DNA of 64,000 bases, taken from IMG/VR virus record IMGVR_UViG_3300029571_000007, positions 19,007-83,006 of that record, one strand, 5' to 3'. Origin of the DNA: a virus (Duplodnaviria > Heunggongvirae > Uroviricota > Caudoviricetes). How positions within the stretch are numbered: the first letter of the stretch is position 1; the number at the start of each line of letters is the position of its first letter. Under the pieces are notes generated by a model. The model did no database searches and was not told the origin of the DNA. It saw only the letters and a list, made by a program, of their open reading frames with translations. Shown piece after piece: positions 39,770 to 50,232 of this stretch. Position numbers and translations under genes: made by a program.

Positions 39770-39961
39770 TATAACATTCAGATACAAAGACGCAATGAGT
39801 AATTGGGAATGGAGAACGCAAAGTTGCACAGTATCATCCGTTGAAGAGTGTAAAAGAATTTATGGACTTGATAATGGAGATGTTGAGTATGAAATCCTTG
39901 AAGTAAAGAAAGTTAACGAGTAAACAAGAAATATATAAATAGAAAGGCAAAGGTAGTAATT

Positions 39962-40213
39962 ATGAAAAAATATGTAGTAATTTGTTATTCGGTTCATAAT
40001 AAAGAAATTGCAAGTCATGATGCATTCGATAATGAGGATGATGCTTATGCATTTCTCGAAAAGGATGCACAGAATACTTATGAAGAAGAAATAAATAATG
40101 CAAGCGAAGAAGATAAGGATTCGATTGATTTTACAATAAGTGATGATGGTTCAGCATATCTTTCATCTTACGATGGAGAATATGAATGGACTTGGGAAGT
40201 AATTGAAGTGTAA
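39962..40213 (+). CDS. Hypothetical small acidic protein
   Basis: ORF track. Confidence 0.5.
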   Translation: MKKYVVICYSVHNKEIASHDAFDNEDDAYAFLEKDAQNTYEEEINNASEEDKDSIDFTISDDGSAYLSSYDGEYEWTWEVIEV

Positions 40214-40285
40214 ATCAAACAGAGAATAAATAAAGGCAGATGCAAATAATTGTGTCTGCCTTTTGTAATGGAAGGAGTGAATGAA

Positions 40286-40489
40286 ATGGAGTATAACGAG
40301 CAGAACTGGAAAGAGTTATTAGAAGCACTACGTTTTACAGAATGTAGTAATGAAGCCTTTGGTGGAATGGTGATCTGTGATGATAACGGGATTCCAGTAT
40401 GGGATTATGATAATGATGAACGTAAAAAGAATTTGTTTATGTTCCTTAGCGGTGCTTTATATATGAAACAGCATTTAGGATTTCATTAA
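40286..40489 (+). CDS. Hypothetical small protein
   Basis: ORF track 40250..; start after GGAAGGAG SD. Confidence 0.45.
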   Translation: MEYNEQNWKELLEALRFTECSNEAFGGMVICDDNGIPVWDYDNDERKKNLFMFLSGALYMKQHLGFH

Positions 40490-40502
40490 GGAGGCAAGCG
40501 AA

Positions 40503-40814
40503 ATGATTGAGTTGAAAGATTTACTAGAAGAAAATGAAACAATTGTGACATTTCATCTTTGTAATGAATATTGGTCACGGAATGCAATCACAGTAAAAGG
40601 AAGTGATGATATTTCTGGTGCATTAGAAATGACATTACATAGAATACTTGAAGTTGGTGGAACAGAAAATGATGTAAAGCGAATTATGGGTGCGGAAATT
40701 CCAACAGAAGACGAACTTAAAGAACTTGAAGAGTTTGACGAATTTAGCTGGATAGACTTAGGTTATGTATTACCTGGTTTGATTGATTTATGGAAAGAAA
40801 GTGAGGTTGATTGA
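40503..40814 (+). CDS. Hypothetical acidic protein
   Basis: ORF track. Confidence 0.5.
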   Translation: MIELKDLLEENETIVTFHLCNEYWSRNAITVKGSDDISGALEMTLHRILEVGGTENDVKRIMGAEIPTEDELKELEEFDEFSWIDLGYVLPGLIDLWKESEVD

Positions 40815-40815
40815 T

Positions 40816-41883
40816 ATGAGTAGCGAATATAAATATTACAAAGAAAATGGAAAATTGATGAGATTACATATTGAACAAGATAATGATCCACTCAATCCAC
40901 GAGTAGATTTTGATTGCAATATAGGGAAAATTGTATGTTGGGGAAATAATTGGGGTTATCTTGGGGATAAACAGAATAAATGGGATGACGCAGAGGATTT
41001 CTTTAAAGAACTTTGTATGAAACATTTAACAGAAGAACAGGTTGAATCACTTGTTAATAAGCGTATGGAAATTGTTTCGATTGAATTACCTGCTGTAGAA
41101 AAACCAAATAAAGCAGAGTATGAAAAGGATATTAGAAGTACGGTCTTTAAATATAATGCTATGGCTGAAAAAGCAAAAGAGCTTGAACTGTCAGATGATG
41201 TAGCCAGATACATAAACATGGCTAATGCATATAAAAGAAATCGAGAAGATGAGTTCGAGAAAAACTTACGACTTTCCAAAGAATACAAAGTAGCAAATGA
41301 TATTGGATGGTTTCAGTATAAGGGAACAAAAGAACAGTGCGAAGATTATATCAACGGAGAATTAAGAGAGGGATTACTTGACGGAGATATTTTCTATGCT
41401 AGTGCAGGAATGTATAAAGAAGCAATGGAGATGTTAAAAGGATCAGACGTTGTAATTCTTCCAGTATTTGTATTTGAACATAGTGGAACATCAATAAGTG
41501 TATCTAAATTTGGAGACAGATGGGATTCTGGTCAAGCAGGTTGGGTTTATACAACAAAAGAAAATGTAAAAGAAACACTTATCAATTGGGGTGCAAAGTA
41601 CAAAGATAAAAACGGAAATCTTGTTGATGTAACGGAAGAAAATTGGAGAGAAGCTGCAATAGAAAATCTTAAAGGAGAGATTGAATTGTACAATATGTAT
41701 CTTCAAGACGAAGTGTATGGAATTATCACAGAAGAATATGATACAGACACTGATGACTGGGAAGAAAAAGATTCATGTTGGGGATATTTTAGTGACAAAT
41801 GGGGCGATGAGCTTGTCCAGGAAATTGCTTCTGATTTTGGCATAAGCGAAACATTATATGATGATATGAAGTCAGTAGCATAA
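40816..41883 (+). CDS. Hypothetical protein (~355 aa)
   Basis: ORF track 40783..; start MSSEYKYY after GTGAGGT SD. Confidence 0.6.
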   Translation: MSSEYKYYKENGKLMRLHIEQDNDPLNPRVDFDCNIGKIVCWGNNWGYLGDKQNKWDDAEDFFKELCMKHLTEEQVESLVNKRMEIVSIELPAVEKPNKAEYEKDIRSTVFKYNAMAEKAKELELSDDVARYINMANAYKRNREDEFEKNLRLSKEYKVANDIGWFQYKGTKEQCEDYINGELREGLLDGDIFYASAGMYKEAMEMLKGSDVVILPVFVFEHSGTSISVSKFGDRWDSGQAGWVYTTKENVKETLINWGAKYKDKNGNLVDVTEENWREAAIENLKGEIELYNMYLQDEVYGIITEEYDTDTDDWEEKDSCWGYFSDKWGDELVQEIASDFGISETLYDDMKSVA

Positions 41884-41931
41884 GGCAATGAAAGAACCGA
41901 TTCATCATATTAAGAAAGGAAGGTAAGAATT

Positions 41932-42267
41932 ATGATTGGAAACAGATATGAATTAAAAAGGAATGAAAAAGAGTTACGAGAAATTGAAAAGGACTTGGCT
42001 AAATATCTCAAAATCCCATTTGTAAGATGTAGTTATGATGATGTAAATAGTCATAAATATAAAGATAAGCATGAAGTTGAGTACAGAAAGAAAGAGGCAA
42101 AAGAATTGGGTTTGTGGGGTATATGTGACTACATTATCAACTATGAGAAGTACGAAACATTAGAAGATTACAATATGAATGACGGTGGATATGATGGAGA
42201 AGTATATGAGCTTTTATACCTCAAAGGTAATGGAAATTATATTGTAATTACAGACTGTGCAGAATAA
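41932..42267 (+). CDS. Hypothetical protein
   Basis: ORF track; SD GAAAGGAAGGTAAGAATT repeated verbatim before next gene. Confidence 0.5.
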   Translation: MIGNRYELKRNEKELREIEKDLAKYLKIPFVRCSYDDVNSHKYKDKHEVEYRKKEAKELGLWGICDYIINYEKYETLEDYNMNDGGYDGEVYELLYLKGNGNYIVITDCAE

Positions 42268-42287
42268 CGAAAAGGAAGGTAAGAATT

Positions 42288-42728
42288 ATGGCAAAGAAAA
42301 TCAAATATGTGATAGGAATTATTGGTGGCAATGAGAATGTAAATACAATTAAATATGTAACAAGTATTGATACAAATACCAATATTGCAAAGTGGGAATC
42401 AGATAAGGAAGCAAAGGTATTTGACAGTAAGTCTTATGCAGAAGATGTAGCATTTGGATTATGTGTAAATGGATATGGTGCGGTTGTAATGATTAAGCCA
42501 GATTATATTTCACTCAAAAATCCTGAAGATTATGTAAGAAAAACGACAAATGATACATGGATTAGCGGAATTCTTCAGACACATAAGAACGGAAATATAG
42601 AATATTGGGAAGGTTTTAATCTTTCAGAAGAAGAGGAAAATGCAATATGGAGCATACTTGAAAAACATGATACAGAAGGTTGTTCAAATTGTGGAAGTCG
42701 AGAAGATATTGCAAGAGATTTTGTTTAA
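42288..42728 (+). CDS. Hypothetical protein (146 aa)
   Basis: ORF track. Confidence 0.55.
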   Translation: MAKKIKYVIGIIGGNENVNTIKYVTSIDTNTNIAKWESDKEAKVFDSKSYAEDVAFGLCVNGYGAVVMIKPDYISLKNPEDYVRKTTNDTWISGILQTHKNGNIEYWEGFNLSEEEENAIWSILEKHDTEGCSNCGSREDIARDFV

Positions 42729-42743
42729 AGGAGAGTGATTAAG

Positions 42744-42938
42744 ATGTATAAATATATTATCAGTTATGACGGCGGTCAGTTAAGAGATAGCAGTGATTTT
42801 GAATGGGGATTATTTGATTCCTATGGTGAAGCAGAAGAAGCTGCCAATGATGCAAAGGAAGAATATATGAATGGTTGGGATATTGAAGGCAGTGAATATA
42901 ATCCTGATGATTTCTGTATTGAAATTGTGGAGGTGTGA
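42744..42938 (+). CDS. Hypothetical small acidic protein
   Basis: ORF track 42735.. Confidence 0.45.
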   Translation: MYKYIISYDGGQLRDSSDFEWGLFDSYGEAEEAANDAKEEYMNGWDIEGSEYNPDDFCIEIVEV

Positions 42939-42944
42939 TTAAAA

Positions 42945-43139
42945 ATGTGCAAACATAAACCGAAAAGATTACGAGAATTTGAACCAATTCTCAAGGCAAA
43001 TGGCTATCACGAAATTAGAAGTCGTGGTAGTCATTTTATTTATGGGAATGGTAAAAATCAGATTACAGTGAATAAGGATCTGAATAAGATGGTGCAGTTA
43101 CGGTTGATTAAAGAGAATAACTTAATGGAGGTGAAATGA
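42945..43139 (+). CDS. Hypothetical small basic protein
   Basis: ORF track. Confidence 0.45.
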   Translation: MCKHKPKRLREFEPILKANGYHEIRSRGSHFIYGNGKNQITVNKDLNKMVQLRLIKENNLMEVK

Positions 43140-43278
43140 TGGAATTACGGAGCGTAATTGTAGATGAATGTGGAACTATTAAGAGATATTGCAGTGATTA
43201 TTCTGATGTGGAAAATGAAAAATATTTAGAAGATCATCCTGAGTATCATGTATCTGTTATAGAAAGCGAGGTATAGGT

Positions 43279-43584
43279 ATGACAAGCACAATAACGAGAG
43301 ATTTTGTAGTTAAAAACGGAATTGCAAGTTTTCCTATGAAAGAATATCCAAATTATTGTGGAATGGAGAATATTGGATATATTTCACATGGAGAATGGGC
43401 TGATGCAGAACTTGAATACAAAGGCAAGTTGTTCAATGAAAATATTGTATCAGATACAATGTACGAAAGATTTGTTGAAGAATTTCCTGATAAAGATGGA
43501 GATTATGAAGCATTTAATCAGTATATGTATGACAATAGATATGAAGTATATGAATTATTAGAATCAGAAATGGAGAGTGATTAA
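43279..43584 (+). CDS. Hypothetical acidic protein
   Basis: ORF track. Confidence 0.5.
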   Translation: MTSTITRDFVVKNGIASFPMKEYPNYCGMENIGYISHGEWADAELEYKGKLFNENIVSDTMYERFVEEFPDKDGDYEAFNQYMYDNRYEVYELLESEMESD

Positions 43585-43585
43585 A

Positions 43586-43891
43586 ATGGTAGATAATTAT
43601 GGATGGAAAGAAGAAAAGGATTATTCTACTTACCCAAAAGAAAAATGGTGTGATATGGATTATGTTGCAACATGGATCAGAGAACAGAAATACGAGCCAA
43701 AAACATCAATGAAAAATTTAATAGAAATGATTTTTGGTTATTACTTTGAAGACGATGATGTAAAAGAAAGAGGATATTTTGCAATTAAGGATGAAAGAAA
43801 ATATCCCGATAATCTTATGATATTTGTTCCAGATGTAGCAGAATATGTATTTGCAAGTGGTGGATTAAGCGAATTTGATTATGAAGTATAG
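43586..43891 (+). CDS. Hypothetical protein
   Basis: ORF track 43577.. Confidence 0.5.
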   Translation: MVDNYGWKEEKDYSTYPKEKWCDMDYVATWIREQKYEPKTSMKNLIEMIFGYYFEDDDVKERGYFAIKDERKYPDNLMIFVPDVAEYVFASGGLSEFDYEV

Positions 43892-43906
43892 ATTGGAGTG
43901 ATGGAA

Positions 43907-44287
43907 ATGAGAAGAACAACCAAAAAAGAACGAAAAGAAAATGTAAATAGATTTTATAATATGTTTATGAATAGTAATTGCAACCAGGCAGCTATTGTAG
44001 TTGAAAGAACAGAAAGTAGTAACCCGAATATCAATAGGTGCAGATTCATAGCAGTTCCATCAACACTTGCATTTATGGAAAACCCAATAGTAATTGCAGA
44101 GTCTGTATCTGGGATTACAGGTTGTTTTATGGAACTATTAGATGATATTAAGCCAAGAAGAGGAACAGAAAAAACATATTTTGATGATGGGTTTAACGAT
44201 TGGCTTGAAGAAATGTATAAGTTCAGAATTACATATAAGGATGGACTTGTATTTATGTTGGAAAAGAATATTGAAGAAGCACAGTAA
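43907..44287 (+). CDS. Hypothetical protein
   Basis: ORF track 43898.. Confidence 0.5.
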   Translation: MRRTTKKERKENVNRFYNMFMNSNCNQAAIVVERTESSNPNINRCRFIAVPSTLAFMENPIVIAESVSGITGCFMELLDDIKPRRGTEKTYFDDGFNDWLEEMYKFRITYKDGLVFMLEKNIEEAQ

Positions 44288-44323
44288 ATAGCAATTTCAT
44301 TTTAAGATTGGAGGATAATAATT

Positions 44324-44506
44324 ATGGCAAAATTTAGAGTTATGTATAAATCAACGGATTATGTATATTTGGATGTTGAGGCTGATTCATTGGAAGAAGC
44401 AAAGGAAATTGCAGAAAATACAGACGGTGGAGAATTTATTGAAGATGGAGCTGGTGATTGGGAGTACGACTACACAGAAGATGAAAACGGAAATGTAATT
44501 GATTAA
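44324..44506 (+). CDS. Hypothetical small acidic protein
   Basis: ORF track. Confidence 0.45.
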   Translation: MAKFRVMYKSTDYVYLDVEADSLEEAKEIAENTDGGEFIEDGAGDWEYDYTEDENGNVID

Positions 44507-44519
44507 GGAGGTCAATTTT

Positions 44520-44693
44520 ATGAACATAAGATTGGAAATGGACAACTGGATTATAAATGACGAATACATTATTACTAATGGTGTAATAGGATATGAAGTT
44601 TATAAAAGCGGAACAGAAGATACAGAGGCGGAAGAAGTATATTCAAGTGAATCATTTGAGGAGTGCTTGACTTGGGTATGGAATAGCTTGTAG
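44520..44693 (+). CDS. Hypothetical small protein
   Basis: ORF track 44499.. Confidence 0.4.
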   Translation: MNIRLEMDNWIINDEYIITNGVIGYEVYKSGTEDTEAEEVYSSESFEECLTWVWNSL

Positions 44694-44710
44694 AAAGGAT
44701 AGTTGGTCTT

Positions 44711-44944
44711 ATGAGATTACATCTATTTTGGCTTGATAAGAATTGGAAGAAACGTGGTGATTGTGCCAACAATTATAACCTCGTTATTGATATGAAAAAT
44801 AAAACATATAAGGTATATACGAATGCCTTTTATGGATATTATCATCCAGACGACATTGAAGTTAAAAAGAAATCAGATATTGAAGATTATATAGAGTATT
44901 TAAAGAGAAATGGATTTATAGAAATGGAGTGCTTAAAATGTTAG
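44711..44944 (+). CDS. Hypothetical small protein
   Basis: ORF track. Confidence 0.45.
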   Translation: MRLHLFWLDKNWKKRGDCANNYNLVIDMKNKTYKVYTNAFYGYYHPDDIEVKKKSDIEDYIEYLKRNGFIEMECLKC

Positions 44945-45258
44945 ATTATACAAAAATTACATTTAATGAGTTAGACAACACAGACAAGCCATTACAGGCA
45001 TTTTATAATTATGATTTAAAAGAAAATGAAATTAATAGCTTTTTGGAAGAGTACGCAACTGTTGAAGAAGTTCCAAAAGGTGTATCTGTTCAGAAAGTAG
45101 AACTATGCTTAACGATTTACGCACAGCATGATTTTAAATTAGAAGCTTGTTGTACAGATACAAATAACGAACAGTATTGGGTTGAAATCAATGAACAGTT
45201 TACAAATGCAGATGAATTTATTCAGATGATTCCCGATTATGGAAAGATAAAGTTATAA
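44938..45258 (+). CDS. Hypothetical protein
   Basis: ORF track 44929.. Confidence 0.5.
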   Translation: MLDYTKITFNELDNTDKPLQAFYNYDLKENEINSFLEEYATVEEVPKGVSVQKVELCLTIYAQHDFKLEACCTDTNNEQYWVEINEQFTNADEFIQMIPDYGKIKL

Positions 45259-45275
45259 GAAAGGAAGTATATGAT

Positions 45276-45548
45276 ATGAATAGACCATATGGATTTATCG
45301 AAGCTGATACAGAATTCAGAAATGTAATTGATTGCTTAAATGCAAAGCAGAGTATTGATTTGTGGTTGCTTGAAAAATACACTGATACATTTGAAAGTGG
45401 AGAGAAACATAAAATTAATGTGAGACATGTGCACCAATTATATGAAGGCAGAGAAAACATTATGGATTATGTAGTTGATTATATGAGGTTTGATTACGAC
45501 AGATTATGTATTGTGATTAAACCTAATAAATGGATGAAAATGGAGTGA
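45276..45548 (+). CDS. Hypothetical protein
   Basis: ORF track. Confidence 0.5.
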   Translation: MNRPYGFIEADTEFRNVIDCLNAKQSIDLWLLEKYTDTFESGEKHKINVRHVHQLYEGRENIMDYVVDYMRFDYDRLCIVIKPNKWMKME

Positions 45549-45554
45549 TGAGAT

Positions 45555-45821
45555 ATGAAAACAGTAGATAAATTATATAAACAGATCATGGAATATTGGG
45601 AAGCATGTGCATATTGTAATTGCGAAAAAGATTTTGCAATCAATGACTTGTTGGAAAAATATGCTTTAAGTTGTGGAATTGATGAAAGAAAACTTGAAAA
45701 CAGAATTGATCTTACTATCAGATGTATGACTAATTCGCAAAAGAGAACATTATATAAGAAGATGTTAGAATCAGGAATTAGAGAATGGAGTGATAAAAAT
45801 GACAGTAAAAGAATTAAATAG
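45555..45821 (+). CDS. Hypothetical Cys-containing protein
   Basis: ORF track. Confidence 0.5.
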   Translation: MKTVDKLYKQIMEYWEACAYCNCEKDFAINDLLEKYALSCGIDERKLENRIDLTIRCMTNSQKRTLYKKMLESGIREWSDKNDSKRIK

Positions 45822-46035
45822 AGATCAGTTACACGAACTGAAACAGGCGTATTATTCAGAACTTGTAAATGAAGGAACTTTTGCAGAAGTGATGGGAGTT
45901 AATATCAATGAGCCGTCATATGAAATGATTGCAAGTATTGATGAATATGTTAGTGATGAATTTATTTATGAACACTATGATAGATATAGTTTTACAGAAG
46001 ATGATTTTTTCTGTAGTGCGGAAAGGAGTGCTTAA
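45799..46035 (+). CDS. Hypothetical small acidic protein
   Basis: ORF track 45790.. Confidence 0.45.
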   Translation: MTVKELNRDQLHELKQAYYSELVNEGTFAEVMGVNINEPSYEMIASIDEYVSDEFIYEHYDRYSFTEDDFFCSAERSA

Positions 46036-46036
46036 C

Positions 46037-46264
46037 ATGTTGGATATTACAAATTTATATGCTTACAGGATTGAAGAATTGGCTGTTGGGATAGTAAAGG
46101 CAAAATCGTATGAGGATGCAAGAGAAAAGGTGAAAGCAGCTTATTTGAAACACAATGATTGCTTTGATTCTGAAAGAGATTTTATTGAGTTAAAGGAAAT
46201 TGCAGAGGATGATTCATGGTTTAGGGATAATCCTGATGTAGTTGAAGTCGATGAATTAGTGTAG
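46037..46264 (+). CDS. Hypothetical small protein
   Basis: In-frame internal start of ORF 45929..46264 after AAAGGAG SD. Confidence 0.45.
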   Translation: MLDITNLYAYRIEELAVGIVKAKSYEDAREKVKAAYLKHNDCFDSERDFIELKEIAEDDSWFRDNPDVVEVDELV

Positions 46265-46281
46265 AAATGGAGTGATGATAT

Positions 46282-46617
46282 ATGAATTATACTTATTTTG
46301 GAAACAGAATTGAAAGAAGCCCATTAGGAAATATGGGGTTACAGTTATTAGAAGCTCAAGAGAAATTAGTTTCTCAGGAATATGAAGTTGAGAATCTTAG
46401 AATTAAAGCAGCTATGTATAAAGCATATTTCTTTCGTAATTCCATATTAGCAGAAAAATTAGAAAAACAAAGTGAAGAAAACAGAGATGCACTTATTGGA
46501 GAATTTGATGGTTTTTCATATGCAAGTTGGAGAGCTAATGCTGTATATAGAACGCTTGAAGATATGTGCTATGAAGGACTATTAACTGAAAAAGAATATA
46601 GAGAATGCAAAGTATGA
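46282..46617 (+). CDS. Hypothetical protein
   Basis: ORF track. Confidence 0.5.
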   Translation: MNYTYFGNRIERSPLGNMGLQLLEAQEKLVSQEYEVENLRIKAAMYKAYFFRNSILAEKLEKQSEENRDALIGEFDGFSYASWRANAVYRTLEDMCYEGLLTEKEYRECKV

Positions 46618-46835
46618 AACAAGAGTTTCAAGGGAAAGGCAAATATATGAAAGTAAAAGAATTTTTAGAAAATTTCACAGGAGATAATCATATTAAAATT
46701 TATGATATGCATAGCTTTGATACGCATAGATATAATAATGCAAATGAAGCTATAAGACAATTTGGTTATTATACAGTCAGAGAATGGAAAATTATTGATA
46801 ATGTCTTAAAAATAACTATTAGAACACAATTTTAA
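46605..46835 (+). CDS. Hypothetical small protein
   Basis: ORF track. Confidence 0.45.
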   Translation: MQSMKQEFQGKGKYMKVKEFLENFTGDNHIKIYDMHSFDTHRYNNANEAIRQFGYYTVREWKIIDNVLKITIRTQF

Positions 46836-46851
46836 AAATGAGGTGAATTAT

Positions 46852-47031
46852 ATGCACATAACAAAGGAAATGAATATGCATAATTGTCAATTATGTAGAA
46901 AAGAATGGCTTGGAAGATGTTTCGGAAAGAAATATGGGAAAGATGTATCTGTTGATAATGAACCATGTAAGTGTTACGAATTTGGCGGTTCAGAAGAGAG
47001 ACTAAAAGAAATTGAGAATAATATGAACTGA
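46852..47031 (+). CDS. Hypothetical small Cys-rich protein
   Basis: ORF track 46843.. Confidence 0.45.
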   Translation: MHITKEMNMHNCQLCRKEWLGRCFGKKYGKDVSVDNEPCKCYEFGGSEERLKEIENNMN

Positions 47032-47062
47032 GGATTTATTAGTAAGAACGGAGGTAGATAAA

Positions 47063-47416
47063 ATGATCAATGAATTTAAAAAATATGATAAAGAACATAC
47101 AAGATTGGTTACAATCAATGTTTCAGATTTTAATGAGCTTATAAAAGAAACAAATATCTCTATTGAGACAAAATGGGATTACGATTTAAAATCTCTTGAA
47201 TCTATTAATGATATGAATAAAAGAACTGGCGAGCCAGAGATAAACTTAAATGAGTATAGAAATATGTATTGTGGGGCTAGTATATCAATAGTGAATAACA
47301 GAAACGATAATATTCCTGCCACTATAACAATTGCTAAGTGCTTAGATTTAAAGCATATTGATATACGGTGGAATGCATTTGATGGAAATAAAGTAGATTT
47401 AGAATATAAAATCTAA
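47063..47416 (+). CDS. Hypothetical protein
   Basis: ORF track. Confidence 0.5.
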   Translation: MINEFKKYDKEHTRLVTINVSDFNELIKETNISIETKWDYDLKSLESINDMNKRTGEPEINLNEYRNMYCGASISIVNNRNDNIPATITIAKCLDLKHIDIRWNAFDGNKVDLEYKI

Positions 47417-47451
47417 TGAAACGATGATTTATTTGAAAGCGAGGAAATAAT

Positions 47452-47748
47452 ATGATAAGAAAAATTAACAATAGATTGTATAAAGTTAATACATATGCTT
47501 CTGCACACATTATTGAAGTAGATGATAATTATGATGAAGAAGTACAGAAACTAAGAAAAGAAATCCAGTTTGACAGTATTGGATACAAATTGAACTTACT
47601 TGTATATCTTGCCACATTAACGGTACAAGGATATGCAATTTTAAGCGTAACAGAATTTAACATTGATGGAAGTAAGCCTAGAGTTGCTTATGCAAGTAAT
47701 AAAGATTTTAAGAAAATTGTTAAGTATTATTTTGGAAAGAAAGCATAG
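47452..47748 (+). CDS. Hypothetical protein
   Basis: ORF track. Confidence 0.5.
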   Translation: MIRKINNRLYKVNTYASAHIIEVDDNYDEEVQKLRKEIQFDSIGYKLNLLVYLATLTVQGYAILSVTEFNIDGSKPRVAYASNKDFKKIVKYYFGKKA

Positions 47749-47779
47749 GAAACGGAAATTTCAAAAGGGGGAAGATGAA

Positions 47780-48076
47780 ATGACAATCAAGGATGTAAAA
47801 GAAGAATATAAAAATAAATATATAGAATTAGAAGTATATGAAGCAGTGAGTAATGGAAAATATTATCCTAGTAATTTTCATACGGATAATTGCAGATCAT
47901 TAGGAGAAGATTCACCATATGGAAACTATACTGAGGATATGGAAGTAGGTCTATATGAGCTGATGGATGAAGAAGAATACAATAATACTATAATGGCAAA
48001 TTGTGATATTTATGCAGATTTTGAAGATTGGTATGGTGATAAATATGCAAAAGTATTATGTGTTATGATTAAGTAA
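47780..48076 (+). CDS. Hypothetical acidic protein
   Basis: ORF track 47663..; start MTIKDVK after AAAGGGGGAAG SD. Confidence 0.5.
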   Translation: MTIKDVKEEYKNKYIELEVYEAVSNGKYYPSNFHTDNCRSLGEDSPYGNYTEDMEVGLYELMDEEEYNNTIMANCDIYADFEDWYGDKYAKVLCVMIK

Positions 48077-48096
48077 ACAATTAGATACTATTAGAA

Positions 48097-48306
48097 ATGG
48101 TGGTAAAATTTATGGATAGGAAAGAATATTTATTAAGACAGGTACTAAAGTTATTTAAGCAACAAAAAGAAAGTCGTTATGTTTTAAATATTGAAGAGAT
48201 GACTGTTATATACGATGGAACTGAATGTGATGGAAGTTGTCTTTGTGATGATATTATGGAAGAATTAGGAATTGACAGCTTAGAAGATATTGAGGATGAG
48301 AAATAA
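48097..48306 (+). CDS. Hypothetical small protein
   Basis: ORF track. Confidence 0.45.
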   Translation: MVVKFMDRKEYLLRQVLKLFKQQKESRYVLNIEEMTVIYDGTECDGSCLCDDIMEELGIDSLEDIEDEK

Positions 48307-48343
48307 AGTGTGATATAATATGTAAGAAAGAAGGTTGATGAAT

Positions 48344-48859
48344 ATGGCAGGATATAGCGGATGGTCAATGAGTAACAATGCGGTTGATGCTTATTCAAAT
48401 GGGGAGAAACCATTAAGTAAATGGACAAAGGCAGATATTTTTGATACAATAGAAGAACAGGAAATTGAATTAAAATGCTCAATGGAAAAATTTAAGAAAC
48501 TACCTGTGAAAGTTTTAAAAGAAGTTTGTTTGAGGTATTCTTCGTGGCATCATACAAGTAATCATTATAATCAGACAGATTTTTATTCTTTGGATATAAG
48601 CAGAATAGAAAATTTAACAGATGAAAAAATTGATAGATTACTTGCAGATTACAAGGCAGAGAAAAAGAATGAAGAAAAGCCTACTGAAGAGAAATGGAGA
48701 TGTGCTTTTTTAGAATGGTCTGGAACTAGAAAACATCCAGTTGCAAAAGAAATAGTCGAAGAGGGTATTGTAAAAGGCGATTGGTTCTATCGTAAAAATG
48801 GAACTAAAAAGAAAACAACAGCAAATGGGTTTGAATTTATTAAAAAATTGGAGGAATGA
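48344..48859 (+). CDS. Hypothetical protein (~170 aa)
   Basis: ORF track 48335.. Confidence 0.55.
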   Translation: MAGYSGWSMSNNAVDAYSNGEKPLSKWTKADIFDTIEEQEIELKCSMEKFKKLPVKVLKEVCLRYSSWHHTSNHYNQTDFYSLDISRIENLTDEKIDRLLADYKAEKKNEEKPTEEKWRCAFLEWSGTRKHPVAKEIVEEGIVKGDWFYRKNGTKKKTTANGFEFIKKLEE

Positions 48860-48864
48860 TAATA

Positions 48865-49137
48865 ATGGCATTTATAAACGAACAAGGAATAAAAATTAGT
48901 TTTGAATGTTCAGATTTAATCAAAGAACTTAAAGAAGATATTACTGAATTTGGTGGCGACACAGTTGTTGCTGTTTGGTGTAAGGATAATTCAGGAGTTA
49001 CATTATATGTAAATTATGATTTTATTAATGAAGAACAGCCAATAACTGAAAAAGAAGTAGACAAAGATGAATACATACAAAAAATGACAATGAGTGCATT
49101 ATTAATATTACTAGAAAAACAAAATGAAATTTTGTAA
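48865..49137 (+). CDS. Hypothetical small acidic protein
   Basis: ORF track 48856.. Confidence 0.5.
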   Translation: MAFINEQGIKISFECSDLIKELKEDITEFGGDTVVAVWCKDNSGVTLYVNYDFINEEQPITEKEVDKDEYIQKMTMSALLILLEKQNEIL

Positions 49138-49219
49138 TTAAGAATAAAATATAATATTAATTAAATTGAGACGGATAATTATATATTATCTGTCTTTTTT
49201 ATTGGATTGGAGTGATATT

Positions 49220-49423
49220 ATGAGAAGAGAATTTAAAGTAAATAAAACAAAATGTGCGATAGTAAATCGTAATACTGGCAATCTGGAAATTAACAAATAT
49301 AATCAAAAATATGAAGTTAGGTGTTTTTCACAAAAATATAATGGTTGGATTAGGTTGTGTAGTTGTGCAACTATCTCTGAAGGAAGAGAAAAGGCTGTAC
49401 AAATATTATCATTGGCGATATAA
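49220..49423 (+). CDS. Hypothetical small protein
   Basis: ORF track 49166.. Confidence 0.4.
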   Translation: MRREFKVNKTKCAIVNRNTGNLEINKYNQKYEVRCFSQKYNGWIRLCSCATISEGREKAVQILSLAI

Positions 49424-49453
49424 TATGTATATAATTATTTTTGGAGGTACAAT

Positions 49454-49702
49454 ATGACAAAATTGGGGTTATTAGAAGCGTTTCAATATGCTGTCGAAAC
49501 AGTAAATGTTACAAAATTTGAAGAAGCTTTAATAATATTTTCTGTTGAGTATGGTGTTCAGATACCAAGGGAGGCGGCAGAGTTAATTAAAGCTCAAGAT
49601 GATAATTTGTCAAAAGAAAAATTAAAGGAAATTATGCTAAAGATACAAATGCCTATCTATAATTATATTAAGACAAATGGCAATGTTAATGAATTAAAGT
49701 AA
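49454..49702 (+). CDS. Hypothetical small protein
   Basis: ORF track. Confidence 0.45.
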   Translation: MTKLGLLEAFQYAVETVNVTKFEEALIIFSVEYGVQIPREAAELIKAQDDNLSKEKLKEIMLKIQMPIYNYIKTNGNVNELK

Positions 49703-49782
49703 CAAATAGAATAATAGAGAATATAGTAAGAGACTTGTAATAAACAAGTCTCTTATTTTTATGTAAAGGAACGGTGATTACT

Positions 49783-50007
49783 ATGTTTGATTACAAAGAA
49801 TTTAAGAAGGAAATGTGTAAAAGAGGACATGAAGTACATAAACATGGAGATTATATAACTATTGAACCCAATAATAATTATGAAGGATATAACAAAGGAT
49901 TTTTATATGCATCAGATGTCATTAAAGGATTTGAGTATGAATTAAGACTTATTTATATGCATCATTTTAACACTTGGATATATAGTGCAAGATTTAAAAT
50001 TGTATGA
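49783..50007 (+). CDS. Hypothetical small protein
   Basis: ORF track 49774.. Confidence 0.45.
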   Translation: MFDYKEFKKEMCKRGHEVHKHGDYITIEPNNNYEGYNKGFLYASDVIKGFEYELRLIYMHHFNTWIYSARFKIV

Positions 50008-50232
50008 TAGAATTAGAATAGTAACAATGAGACGTGAATAGTTAAATAGGAGGATTTAATTTATGGGTACAGTTATAAGTATAATATTTTTAGTATTAAT
50101 GTTTGCATTTTGGAGAAGTGGTAAGGAAGAAGAGGCAAGAAAAAGAATAGATATGTATAACAATCTCAATAAAAAGTCTGTTGATGAAATGGATAAATGG
50201 AGAAGATAATATAAGAAAGGTGGTTGATAATT